Assembly (NCBI GenBank): GCA_016185435.1
Contig: JACPNN010000004.1
Coordinates: forward strand, 73,635-137,634
Reading direction: 5' to 3'
Length of the DNA stretch: 64,000 nucleotides
From: Candidatus Aenigmatarchaeota archaeon
GTDB lineage: Archaea; Aenigmatarchaeota; Aenigmatarchaeia; QMZP01
Part shown: in pieces, positions 46,186 to 55,413 of the stretch
Position numbering within the stretch: position 1 is the first letter of the stretch
Layout: every line of letters begins with the position of its first letter
Program-made: the position numbers and the translations under genes
Notes under the pieces: model-generated
What the model saw: only the letters and a program-made list of their open reading frames with translations
Told to the model about the DNA's origin: nothing
Database searches by the model: none

Positions 46186-46579
46186 TTACAAGATGAAACC
46201 CCTTTCCTTCAAAACTGCCTTCGCCTCTTCTGCAAAATTCTTCAGGCCTGCTATCTGTTTTTCTAAAGTCTCATTATCCAAGGCGATTTCTGTTTTCCTT
46301 CCATAATCTGCCTGCAGCCTCATCCCGTATGAAGATTCCAAAAGTTCCCTGTAGTTGTGACTGAGTGCCCCGGACTCAAAAAGCTTCTGGATGCTGTTCC
46401 AGATTTTTCCATGATTTCTGGAGGAAGCTCCATGGAAAGCCATAAGAAGGAGAGTAAGCCAAGTTTTCTCCTGCAATATACAAACGGCTTGCGGCCATAG
46501 GGAGGCTTATAGATAATGCAGCCTCAGCGTCCTTTATCGCCTGAATCCCTCTGATATATGACTCCTCTGCTTCATTCAT
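46186..46579 (-). pseudogene. HEPN-domain gene interrupted by a frameshift
   Basis: Two overlapping ORFs in different frames (46376..46579 with a HEPN-type N-terminus MNEAEESYIRGIQAIKDAEAAL, and 46186..46476 with the HEPN C-terminal half). Together they make one HEPN protein of about 130 aa. Confidence 0.5.
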
Positions 46580-47649
46580 TTCCAGTCCTCCAGCCTCTTT
46601 GAGGCCTCTCTGTATTTCTCCTCAAAAAGATTCAGTACTTTTTCAACTTCAGATTTGCTGACATCCAATGCGCTCTCATCCCACCACTTTCGTGTCAGCC
46701 TATAAGCAGAAGAAAGTTTTGCTTCTCCTATCTGTTTCAGTTGGGAAGGTATATCGTGTTTGGAACCTGGTATTATATTATTTAAAAGAAGCACCGCTCT
46801 GCACAGATGGATGGCTATTGTGCTCAGGAAGGATGGTGAGGAGTCCGGAAATTTTTTGTACATTTCCCTTGCCTCCTTCAGCCTCTCATCTGCAAATTTG
46901 AGCCTCATTCGAATTGATTTCTTTGTGACTAGGGGTATTCCTTTCAACAGATGGTGGGCAAAGAAGCTGTCCTTATCGAAAATCACTATCCCATCCTGCA
47001 TAATGTTTATCAGGAAATCATCGCCTATATCGTAATTATCCATGAATTGTTTTTTTGTTTGCAGAAAAACCTGGGATACCTCGGAAAATATATCTGAGAT
47101 CTCATGGCCAACTTCTTTCAGCTCATCTGCTGCCTGCTTTTGAACTGCAGTTTCCACGATAACCATGATATCTATATCGCTCCATTTTGCTGCCCTGCCT
47201 TTGGAAACAGAGCCAAAAACTACTACAGACACAAGGTTGTCTCCGAGTATTTCCTTATACGAGTCTTTAAGCCTGCTTATTGATGTCCTGAACCTTCCAG
47301 GAATATCAAAAAGCCTGTCCGTATGGGACAGCGCTATAAGGCTGAAGACAAAAGGATTGTTTTTGTTCAGCCTGTAGACAACCCTGTTCCCGTCATTTCT
47401 TCTTGTCAGGATCCTGTTCCTTTCGAACTCTTGCAGAAGCTCGCTTGTTCTGCCCAGCCCTACAGCAAGCTCTTTCGAAAGCTTATTGAGATAGTACTCT
47501 TCATAGGGCTTTCTTGCCATGGCCAAAAGTATCCTGAACCCGACCCTTGAAAACATCTTTTCTATCATAATTCTGTTTGGGGCAGGGGTATTTATAAACT
47601 TTCTGAAAATAGAAAGAAGTTTCTGATTTATAGCTATCGATACAAACAT
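46576..47649 (-). CDS. wHTH + nucleotidyltransferase (Pol-beta superfamily) domain protein, probable partner of the HEPN gene
   Basis: NTase motif VVVFGSVSKGRAAKWSDIDIMVIV in the middle. N-terminal wHTH-like region. Stop/start overlap with the HEPN gene. Confidence 0.7.
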   Translation of the reverse strand: MFVSIAINQKLLSIFRKFINTPAPNRIMIEKMFSRVGFRILLAMARKPYEEYYLNKLSKELAVGLGRTSELLQEFERNRILTRRNDGNRVVYRLNKNNPFVFSLIALSHTDRLFDIPGRFRTSISRLKDSYKEILGDNLVSVVVFGSVSKGRAAKWSDIDIMVIVETAVQKQAADELKEVGHEISDIFSEVSQVFLQTKKQFMDNYDIGDDFLINIMQDGIVIFDKDSFFAHHLLKGIPLVTKKSIRMRLKFADERLKEAREMYKKFPDSSPSFLSTIAIHLCRAVLLLNNIIPGSKHDIPSQLKQIGEAKLSSAYRLTRKWWDESALDVSKSEVEKVLNLFEEKYREASKRLEDWK

Positions 47650-47833
47650 TTGACCGGCTCAGGCTTGAATTCTTCTTTAGGATGTTATCTCCAGTTTCAA
47701 CTGCTTTTGTCGATATATCTGCCAAAAAATCTGTTTTTATTGCCTATATTACGCATCTCCTATAGAAGTCAAAAATTAAAGTCGGTTACTATATATGTCT
47801 GAAATTGGGGAAGGTATCTCCAGAAATATCGGG

Positions 47834-48505
47834 TCATCTGATCCTGAAGTCGGAAATAATGCTGGTCTTATAGGAGCTGGGTATTGAGGAAAGTATGCTT
47901 TTTGTGCTGGTCACTTTGTCATCATATGTTATGTTCCATGTGCTGCCATACGATTCCACTTTTGTCACCCCTTCAAGACCTGAAAGCCTGGCCTTTGTCG
48001 CATAATAGCAGTTGGCGCACCATATGCCATCTATCCTGATGCTTGCCATCCTCAGGTCTGTCTTGCCTTCGATGTAAACAATTCTGGTTCCGCTTTCCTG
48101 AAAGGCCAGGGGGGCTGCCAAAGGGACGATGACAAATACTAGAATAACATACACAGCCGCATATGTGATCAGAACAAACGCTATGAGATTCCTGTATTGC
48201 TTGATTCCATGCATTGTGCACGCCTTCCTGTTCTGAAGGAAAACATAAAGGGCTGCGATCATGTAAGCGATCGAAAAGGCAATGAAGTGCCACCTGTATT
48301 CGGCAAAGGCGAGGACGAAGGAAGAGCTTGCAAGCCCAAGAAAAACGAGCGCCAGGGGGATTGTGCAGCAGAAGCTTGCAAAAAAGCCTGAAAGAAACCC
48401 GATTATTGAAGCGCTTTTATTGTCACTGGCTGTTCCTGGATCAGAGTTTTTGTAAAACCTGGACTTCCTGGCGTATTTGTTTGGGAAGGGCGTGTTGCTT
48501 TTCAT
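47834..48505 (-). CDS. MerT-like membrane protein fused to a C-terminal HMA (MerP-like) metal-binding domain
   Basis: Vicinal Cys pair in TM1 (FASFCCTIPLALVFLG) as in MerT. C-terminal GIWCANCYYAT CxxC heavy-metal-associated motif. Confidence 0.45.
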   Translation of the reverse strand: MKSNTPFPNKYARKSRFYKNSDPGTASDNKSASIIGFLSGFFASFCCTIPLALVFLGLASSSFVLAFAEYRWHFIAFSIAYMIAALYVFLQNRKACTMHGIKQYRNLIAFVLITYAAVYVILVFVIVPLAAPLAFQESGTRIVYIEGKTDLRMASIRIDGIWCANCYYATKARLSGLEGVTKVESYGSTWNITYDDKVTSTKSILSSIPSSYKTSIISDFRIR

Positions 48506-48642
48506 CTTGAATTATATTCTTTTTGCTGCTAAAAAATCAGTCACTGGTTTCAGGAATATCTTGTTAAAATCCAGCTTTGACATGTAAAGGTCAAGCATAT
48601 TAGCTTCCAAAGAAGTGTTAATTAATCCGATCTGGGTGAACT

Positions 48643-49266
48643 ATGGAACAAAAGATGGCAATCGTATTGGCAGTTGGGATAGTGCTGGGGCTTGCTGCTG
48701 GAACACTTATTTCTTCGTTCCAGGTAAACAGCCTCAATGCCAAGCTCACAGAGGTCTCAGGCAGGGCAACGGCTGCTGAAAGCCTCAAGGGCCAGATTTC
48801 AGACCTCAAGCTGCAATTGGAGAAGCTGAATGTGAATGAGCTCTACGGCCTTGTGAAAGCCGGAGACAAAGCCAAAGCCTATGGGATCGGCGACCTCAAC
48901 AAGATGCCTCCAATAATTGCTAATGACTATGTTGGCCAGACGCCTGTGGTGGTGTCATGGTGCCCCCTTTGCAACACCCTGACCGCATATGAAAGGGCTC
49001 TTCCAGGAGACATTATCGCCAATGGCAAGACCATATCCAAAGGCACAGTCCTGACTTTCAGGGAGGCAGGGGCGAGGAAGATACCAGGCACTGACATAGA
49101 CAACCTGCATTTCAAGGATGATGAGACAGGCAGCTTATGGGCTCAGGGCCCTGGAATGGCTGTGGAAGGGCCGGCCAAAGGGCAAGAGCTAAGGACGCTT
49201 CCAATCCAGCTGTTCAACAAGGGCGTAATAGCAAAAATGGGTGCGCCTGTCTGGGGTTCCAGCTAA
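48643..49266 (+). CDS. Membrane-anchored DUF3179-like protein
   Basis: N-terminal TM helix. VVVSWCPLCNTLTAYERAL motif is paralogous to the C-terminal domain of the 50003 gene product. Confidence 0.5.
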   Translation: MEQKMAIVLAVGIVLGLAAGTLISSFQVNSLNAKLTEVSGRATAAESLKGQISDLKLQLEKLNVNELYGLVKAGDKAKAYGIGDLNKMPPIIANDYVGQTPVVVSWCPLCNTLTAYERALPGDIIANGKTISKGTVLTFREAGARKIPGTDIDNLHFKDDETGSLWAQGPGMAVEGPAKGQELRTLPIQLFNKGVIAKMGAPVWGSS

Positions 49267-49286
49267 ACCAATTGGGGGGGGGATAT

Positions 49287-50006
49287 ATGCCAGAGCTCAC
49301 AGTCTTTGTTGCATTTGTAGCTGGCCTCTTTTCTTTTGTTTCGCCATGCATACTGCCTCTCATACCTGCATTCCTGTCTTACCTTTCAGGCGTCAGCCTG
49401 TCGGAAGCTGGGAAGAGCTCAAAGTCAAGGATATTTGTCTTCATGAATGCTGCTTTCTTTGTGCTTGGGTTTTCCCTTGTCTTCTCCATATTGGGCGTCC
49501 TGCTTTCAAGCATCCTCAGCGATGCAGCATACGACTTAAGGCTGTGGCTGGGAAGGATAGGCGGAGTGATAATAATAGCCTTTGGCCTTTACCTCATGAA
49601 GCTGATAAGGCTAACCTTCCTTGAGAAGGAGCACAAGATGAAGGTCAGGAGGTTCGGCAGCAGCTATGCCACTTCCTTCGCTTTCGGCGTCGCGTTTGCT
49701 GCAGGCTGGACGCCATGCGTTGGAGCAATACTTGGAAGCATACTTGCCCTTGCCGCAGTGCAGCCGCAGAATGCCTTCTCCCTGCTGCTTGCTTACTCTG
49801 CAGGCTTGGGAATACCCTTCCTGCTTTCCGGACTCTTCATCTCAAGGATGCAGCCATTAATAAAAAAGCATTCCAGTGCCATTGACAAGGCCAATATGGT
49901 GTTCGGGGCTGTGCTTGTGATTCTTGGCATACTCGTCTTTACCAACATGCTCGCATCAATAGCAAGCATACCTTTCCTTAACCAGTTCTTGCAGGGGGGA
50001 ATATGA
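49287..50006 (+). CDS. ccdA: CcdA/DsbD-type transmembrane thiol-disulfide electron transporter
   Basis: Start at ATG 49287 (MPELTVFVAFVAGLFSFVSPCILPLIPAFLSYLSG). Two conserved Cys sit in TM helices (..SPC.. and ..TPC..). The longer ORF from 49137 was rejected. Confidence 0.75.
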   Translation: MPELTVFVAFVAGLFSFVSPCILPLIPAFLSYLSGVSLSEAGKSSKSRIFVFMNAAFFVLGFSLVFSILGVLLSSILSDAAYDLRLWLGRIGGVIIIAFGLYLMKLIRLTFLEKEHKMKVRRFGSSYATSFAFGVAFAAGWTPCVGAILGSILALAAVQPQNAFSLLLAYSAGLGIPFLLSGLFISRMQPLIKKHSSAIDKANMVFGAVLVILGILVFTNMLASIASIPFLNQFLQGGI

Positions 50007-51526
50007 CAGGCTCAAGCAGGATGGCTTTGGGTATAGCAGTGGTCCTGATTGCAGGAGCCATAGCTTTCATAGAGCTGCAGAAACCGCAGGCAAAAATGCA
50101 GGAGGATGAAAATGTCGGCCTTTCAATAGGCAAGACGGCTCCTGATTTCCAGCTTGAAACGATTGACGGGAAAAAGGTGCATCTAAAGGACTTCAGGGGC
50201 AGGGCTGTCATTCTGAATTTCTGGGCATCATGGTGCCCTCCATGCAGGGTTGAGATGCCGGAATTCCAGCAGGCCTTCGACAAGAACAAGGACAAATTGG
50301 TGGTTGTGGGGGTAAACCTCCAGGAGGCAAGGGAAAATGCTCAGGCCTTTGTCGACAAAAACAGGATAACCTTTCCTATACTCCTTGACCCCAAGGCAGA
50401 GGTGAAGGACCTTTATGGGGTCTTTACCCAGCCTGTCACATATTTCATCGACAAGGAGGGAAAGATTGTGGACAAGAAGTTCGGGCAGCTGACTGGTGAA
50501 GAGATTGATGAGAAAATTGGAAGGCTTATTGGAGAGGGCTTGTCTAAAGCGAATGCCGGAAATGAGGAAATCAAAACCCTTCCGGACGGAACAAAATACA
50601 TCATCCATCCTGACAAGTTCCTTTCTGGCGGGCCTCCAAAGGACGGCATTCCATCAATTGACAATCCTAAATTTGTTTCAGTCAAGGAGTCAGAAGAATG
50701 GATGGAAGGCAATGATCTGGTTCTTGGGATAGTGCACAAGGGAGTGGCAAGAGCATACCCTTTCAAAATACTGGTCTACCATGAGATAGTCAATGATGAA
50801 ATTGCCGGAGACCCGATATTAATAACTTATTGCCCGTTATGCCAGACAGGGCTTGCGTTTGAAAGAAGGGTGAATGGCCAGGCTGTTGAATTCGGAGTTT
50901 CAGGAAAGCTTTACAACAGCGAGCTTCTGATGTATGACCGCTTGACTGAATCTTATTGGCCACAGAGCCTGGGGAAAGCCGTATATGGCAAGCTTACTGG
51001 GACAAGTCTCAAAAAATTGCCGATAGATGTTGCCAGATGGAAAGGCTGGAAGGAAAAGAATGCTGAAGGGCAAGTCCTTTCAAGGGACACAGGATTTCTC
51101 AGGGATTATGGAAGGGACCCTTATGGAGGCTATTACGATTCAAGAAGCGTGTGGTTCCCTCTGGAAAATGAGGACAAACAAAACAGGCTGCATCCCAAGG
51201 AAAGGGTGATAGGCATTGAAGCAAACGGCAAATACAAGGCTTACACGCTTGAAAGCATAAGGAAGGGGAAGGTGATAAATGATGCTGTCGGGGGAAAAAG
51301 TATCGCGATTTTCTATGACCCTGATCTTGATTTTGCGAGAGCCTTTGAAAGCGACGGGAGAAGCTTCAGGCCTGAAAATGGCAAAATACTTGATGACAAA
51401 GGCAATGAGTTTGCGGCAGACGGGAAATCAGGCAGCATGCAGCTTGAAAGGCTTATAGCTGAAAATGCGTTCTGGTTCGCATGGTATGCTTTCCATCCGG
51501 ATACGGATCTTTATAAGTTGAGTTAA
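50003..51526 (+). CDS. TlpA/ResA-like thioredoxin-fold thiol-disulfide oxidoreductase fused to a DUF3179-like domain
   Basis: N-terminal TM anchor, WASWCPPC thioredoxin active site, and C-terminal ITYCPLCQTGLAFERRV. Its ATG overlaps the stop of ccdA. Confidence 0.75.
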   Translation: MTGSSRMALGIAVVLIAGAIAFIELQKPQAKMQEDENVGLSIGKTAPDFQLETIDGKKVHLKDFRGRAVILNFWASWCPPCRVEMPEFQQAFDKNKDKLVVVGVNLQEARENAQAFVDKNRITFPILLDPKAEVKDLYGVFTQPVTYFIDKEGKIVDKKFGQLTGEEIDEKIGRLIGEGLSKANAGNEEIKTLPDGTKYIIHPDKFLSGGPPKDGIPSIDNPKFVSVKESEEWMEGNDLVLGIVHKGVARAYPFKILVYHEIVNDEIAGDPILITYCPLCQTGLAFERRVNGQAVEFGVSGKLYNSELLMYDRLTESYWPQSLGKAVYGKLTGTSLKKLPIDVARWKGWKEKNAEGQVLSRDTGFLRDYGRDPYGGYYDSRSVWFPLENEDKQNRLHPKERVIGIEANGKYKAYTLESIRKGKVINDAVGGKSIAIFYDPDLDFARAFESDGRSFRPENGKILDDKGNEFAADGKSGSMQLERLIAENAFWFAWYAFHPDTDLYKLS

Positions 51527-51569
51527 CATATCGAACTAACTGTCTCTGTAGTTGTTGCCAATTCTCTCC

Positions 51570-54098
51570 TTACTTTAGAAGATTAAGCAATTTATCTTCT
51601 ATAGAAAATGTCCATTTCTGGAATGATGATGCTCCGACATATTGATTGAACGCAAAGAGTGCTCCTGAAAGGATTAGGTAGCCTAAAACAATAAATAGTG
51701 CTCCAGATATGAGAGATGTCGAATGCACTCTGATTGTCTTTTTTCCGATACTGAAATGTAGTTCCTTGCCTTCGATCATTTTCCAATATCTCCCATTTTT
51801 ATCTATTTTGCTGAGATACGTCGAAAGGAGCAGTAATGGGAGGGCAAGGCCCAAAGCGTATAGGAATAAGAGCAAGCCTCCAGTAAGCGCTGAACCAGAT
51901 GTCGATGCCAAAAGAAGGACAGCAACTAGGATAGGCCCGATGCAGGGTGTCCACGATAAGCCGACAACACTCCCAAAAACAAATGCGCCGGCATACGTTG
52001 TTGGTTTGCTCTGCTTTATTTTTAGGCCAGTGAATCCTTTGCCAAATAAGATATACAATCCAAAGAGGATTACTATAATGCCCGTTACTTGAGAAAAGAC
52101 TGTTAGATTAGATTTCAAAAAATTTCCAATAAATGTTGCTGTCATGCCAAGGAGGGAGAACACAATAGCTAAGCCTAAAAAGAATGCTATGGCCATTCCC
52201 TTCACGTTCTTTTTTGATGATTCAAAAGTGTATGCAATATACGCTGGAAGAATTGGAAGTGTACATGGAGAAATAAATGAGAGAAGACCAGCAAAAAAAG
52301 CGACTAATAACAAGAGTAAAATTGGCCCTTCAAGCTTATTCAAGCCTTCATTGGTGGGAACAAATGCTACTGATTTGTTTGGTTCTTGGCTCTTAATAAG
52401 ACTATTAACCCAAAAGTTCTTCAATGCTTCTTGTTCAACTTGGTTAATCTCTGCTTTTTTGGAGTTGTATTCTGATATGAGGCCATGCTTGGATGCAAAT
52501 TGTGCGGCTTTTGCAATATAATATCCGCTGTCCAAACCACCAGCTTCACCAGTCTTACTACCCAATGTTTTGATACCGGCATCCAAATATTTAATATCTC
52601 CAGTCTGCTGATAGAGTTTCAGTAATGAATATGCAATAATCCCATTTTCTTCTGCTGGTTTAGAAAGGTCAATGTTTTCCCCAGGAGCATAAAGTTGTGT
52701 GTCGAGGCTGTTTCTCTCAAAGAATCCTCCACTGTTCCAATCATATAGGTTATTCAAGCTATATTCAGCTAATTTCTTAGCAGTAGCAAGATGCTCTTCA
52801 TCTCCTAAAACTTCATACCCTTCAGTAAATGCAAGTATCAAGTATGCATTATCTAACAAACTCCCGCGCACTTCTTTGCTTCCATCTTCTTTGTAATAGT
52901 GATACGCTCCATTTTCACTAACCATGTTCTGCAAGAAAAAATCAAGAGATTTTTTTGCCATTCCTTTATATTCTTGGTTACCTGTTCTTTGCCACAAAAA
53001 AAGATAGGCAAGTATCGCCTCTGTGTTCCAATCGGAGTATTTTGTCTTTTCCACCCTCGGCTTATCAGATGGTCGCGGGTTCTTTCCGTAATACGCATTT
53101 TCTCCGTGTACATCTGTATTGGCGTAGAATCCGCCAATTTTTCCATCGTACCAGTGTAATTTTATATAGTCATTTGTTTTTTCTACAACTTCATTTACCA
53201 TCGTATCGTTAGGTGTTATCTCTTTGAGATGTGCATAAGCCTTCAATAATTTGGCATTATCATATAGCATCTTCTCATAATGAGGTGGCGTCCATTCTCT
53301 TGTTGTGCCATAGCGATGAAAACCACCCTCAATGGGGTCAAAAAGATGGTAATTAGCTCCTACATCTTGGATTTTGGTGTACTGATTTTTTAGCGTGTTT
53401 TGTACCAATGTTAAGAATTGCTTGTTTCCTGTTGATTCATAAATCTCTAATGAAAAATCTAAAGTCCTTCCTTGGGGAAACTTCTGTCCGGTTCCAAAAC
53501 CGCCATAAATAGGGTCGTAAGTTTGTAAAGTATAAGAAGCGTAACCATTGATAATATTTTGCAGCTGGCTTTCTGTTGGGATAACTGGCCCCTCTTTTTT
53601 GTACTCGTAAGAAAATTCATTTGCGAATCCGCTGCTCTCAACATATTTGACGGCTTGCCTGAGGTTGGCTACCATGTTTTGCACTTGTCTTGGGCCGGAA
53701 TATCCAAAAAGTCTTTTGCCATTTGGGGACATTATAGTTGTTGAAGGCCAGCCGCCTTCCAAATATTTTCTTGTTAAATCCTGACGTTGGTCAGCGTCAA
53801 CGTAGATGGGTATAAAATTTTCATTGATATACGGATAAATGTCCGGATGAAATAGATAGTCTTCACTTTCGTAAACTTGACACCAATAACACCATGATGG
53901 AGCTGTTAATAAGAGAAATATAGGCTTATTTTGTTTTATTGCTTCATTGAAGGCGTTAGGGCCATAATCTCTCCAATTGATAAGCGGTTTTAACTTTTCA
54001 GAGTGTTCAAAAGAATAGTGAGATGTAGCCAAAACCGGTGATGGAAAAAGTGATGATAGGATTACAAGAGATAGGAGTAGATGTTTTCTTTTTCTCAT
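51570..54098 (-). CDS. Fusion protein: secreted YyaL/DUF255-like thioredoxin plus (alpha/alpha)6-type domain plus C-terminal CcdA-type membrane domain
   Basis: Signal peptide, SWCYWCQV thioredoxin-like motif, a long alpha-helical repeat region, then a polytopic C-terminus with FISPCTLPILPAYIAY and SWTPCIGPIL (the CcdA Cys pair). Confidence 0.7.
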   Translation of the reverse strand: MRKRKHLLLSLVILSSLFPSPVLATSHYSFEHSEKLKPLINWRDYGPNAFNEAIKQNKPIFLLLTAPSWCYWCQVYESEDYLFHPDIYPYINENFIPIYVDADQRQDLTRKYLEGGWPSTTIMSPNGKRLFGYSGPRQVQNMVANLRQAVKYVESSGFANEFSYEYKKEGPVIPTESQLQNIINGYASYTLQTYDPIYGGFGTGQKFPQGRTLDFSLEIYESTGNKQFLTLVQNTLKNQYTKIQDVGANYHLFDPIEGGFHRYGTTREWTPPHYEKMLYDNAKLLKAYAHLKEITPNDTMVNEVVEKTNDYIKLHWYDGKIGGFYANTDVHGENAYYGKNPRPSDKPRVEKTKYSDWNTEAILAYLFLWQRTGNQEYKGMAKKSLDFFLQNMVSENGAYHYYKEDGSKEVRGSLLDNAYLILAFTEGYEVLGDEEHLATAKKLAEYSLNNLYDWNSGGFFERNSLDTQLYAPGENIDLSKPAEENGIIAYSLLKLYQQTGDIKYLDAGIKTLGSKTGEAGGLDSGYYIAKAAQFASKHGLISEYNSKKAEINQVEQEALKNFWVNSLIKSQEPNKSVAFVPTNEGLNKLEGPILLLLLVAFFAGLLSFISPCTLPILPAYIAYTFESSKKNVKGMAIAFFLGLAIVFSLLGMTATFIGNFLKSNLTVFSQVTGIIVILFGLYILFGKGFTGLKIKQSKPTTYAGAFVFGSVVGLSWTPCIGPILVAVLLLASTSGSALTGGLLLFLYALGLALPLLLLSTYLSKIDKNGRYWKMIEGKELHFSIGKKTIRVHSTSLISGALFIVLGYLILSGALFAFNQYVGASSFQKWTFSIEDKLLNLLK

Positions 54099-54105
54099 AT
54101 GAAAT

Positions 54106-54124
54106 AAGGGGCTCTGCCCCTTAT
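54106..54124. repeat. GC-rich perfect hairpin AAGGGGCTCTGCCCCTTAT; inverted copy of the element at 54693..54712
   Basis: GGGGC-TCT-GCCCC palindrome. The reverse-complement copy TAGGGGCAGAGCCCCTTA lies 587 bp away. Together they bracket the small membrane-protein gene. Confidence 0.5.
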
Positions 54125-54288
54125 AATCCCCGTCGGTTATGGCAGGCTTCCTCTGCGGGTCCTCTTGGTGATGAGCTTGCCCGGACCACGCAGTATCCGC
54201 CAGCCCCCTGTGAATTCTAAGTGGCTTTTCTTCGCTTTCACACAGGACGAGACGATTTTTTGTTCTCGGCCCGCGAAAAAAAAAGAAA

Positions 54289-54669
54289 TTACCCCTTCAG
54301 CGCCATCTTCAGCCTGTCAGGCATCATTGCCAGCGCCTTGAGTATGCCCATCAGGATTATGAATATGCCTGACAATATGAAGCCTATTCCGCCGAGCTTC
54401 AGGGTCATCAGCATAGGCGGGAAGACGAAGAAAATCGTTCTTGCCTCCACCAGTGCCGGGTTGTCGCTGCTTGTCGCAAGCTCCCAGACGTTTTTGGGCA
54501 CCTGACCTATTTCTGTAAGCGCAGGCTTCAGCGTCGTGAACTCAAGGTAGATAGCTGAAAGCACCATCATCAGGCCTATTGCTGCAAGCATCATTCCAAC
54601 CTTCGCCATCATCATGACCTTTGCCTTGGCTTTCTCAGGATCCATTGCCATCTCTTTCATGGTTTTCAC
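54289..54669 (-). CDS. Small polytopic membrane protein, hypothetical
   Basis: 126 aa, three predicted TM helices, Met/Lys-rich N-terminus. Confidence 0.4.
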   Translation of the reverse strand: MKTMKEMAMDPEKAKAKVMMMAKVGMMLAAIGLMMVLSAIYLEFTTLKPALTEIGQVPKNVWELATSSDNPALVEARTIFFVFPPMLMTLKLGGIGFILSGIFIILMGILKALAMMPDRLKMALKG

Positions 54670-54692
54670 CTCCTCTTATCTATTAAACATTA

Positions 54693-54712
54693 TAGGGGCA
54701 GAGCCCCTTATG
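54693..54712. repeat. GC-rich hairpin TAGGGGCAGAGCCCCTTA (inverted partner of 54106..54124). A further palindrome CAGAGCCCTTATATAAGGCTCTG lies at 54726..54748.
   Basis: Read directly from the sequence. Confidence 0.5.
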
Positions 54713-55191
54713 TCATCCAAACTTCTCAGAGCCCTTATATAAGGCTCTGCATGATCCATGCAGCAAGCTGCGCGTATCTGTGGACGCTGTTAGCCGGTTG
54801 GCCTGGCGCGTGACCCAAGAGCCACAGACTTCAGAAGCTTCTATGGCTGGGATGGATATGCTGTGCTCTCAGGGAGGGAGAGGATGTTCGTAGCTGAGTT
54901 CCAGGCCCTCAGGCACAGGCGAAGCTCTGGGTATTTCATCCAACCCATATTCTGTTCCCACCTGATATGGTCGGCGTCTACGCATGTATTTCTCTGTAGT
55001 ATATTCTCCTTCATGTGATAAATGCCTGTCGCCTTCCATATTGAGATCAAATTTTCCCATTTTTCTCACCTCCTGATTTTTTCTTCATGCTCTTGAGAAT
55101 ATCGTCCATGCCTTCCAAATACCAGCCAGGCTTCCAACACTTCTCCCTTGTAGCAGAGTCGTTTAAGGAGCGAGGCCAGGAATCTGCTATT

Positions 55192-55413
55192 TTATCCATT
55201 AATTTCAACTCCAGCGCCTTCTTTGCTGTATGCGTATAGTTTGCCGTTTTCCTCATTCTGCACCTTTGCATGGCTGCCATCGCAGAACGGCTTTTTCTTC
55301 GACAGGCCGCACATGCATATCCATCTGCTCTCTTTGCCAACCTGTATCTCCACGGGAGCCTTTTCCTCATGTATGACAATTCTTGCCATGTTTTCAGCCT
55401 CCTTTAAGGCCAA
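55192..55413 (-). CDS. CDGSH iron-sulfur domain protein (mitoNEET-like)
   Basis: C-x-C-x(8)-C-x(3)-H: ICMCGLSKKKPFCDGSH. Confidence 0.7.
   Translation of the reverse strand: MALKEAENMARIVIHEEKAPVEIQVGKESRWICMCGLSKKKPFCDGSHAKVQNEENGKLYAYSKEGAGVEING

Noticed and set aside
49137-49286. N-terminal 50-codon extension of the CcdA ORF
   Set aside because: The extension is Gly/Arg/Ala-rich and overlaps the end of the upstream gene. A canonical start with a G-rich RBS exists at 49287, giving the standard CcdA N-terminus.
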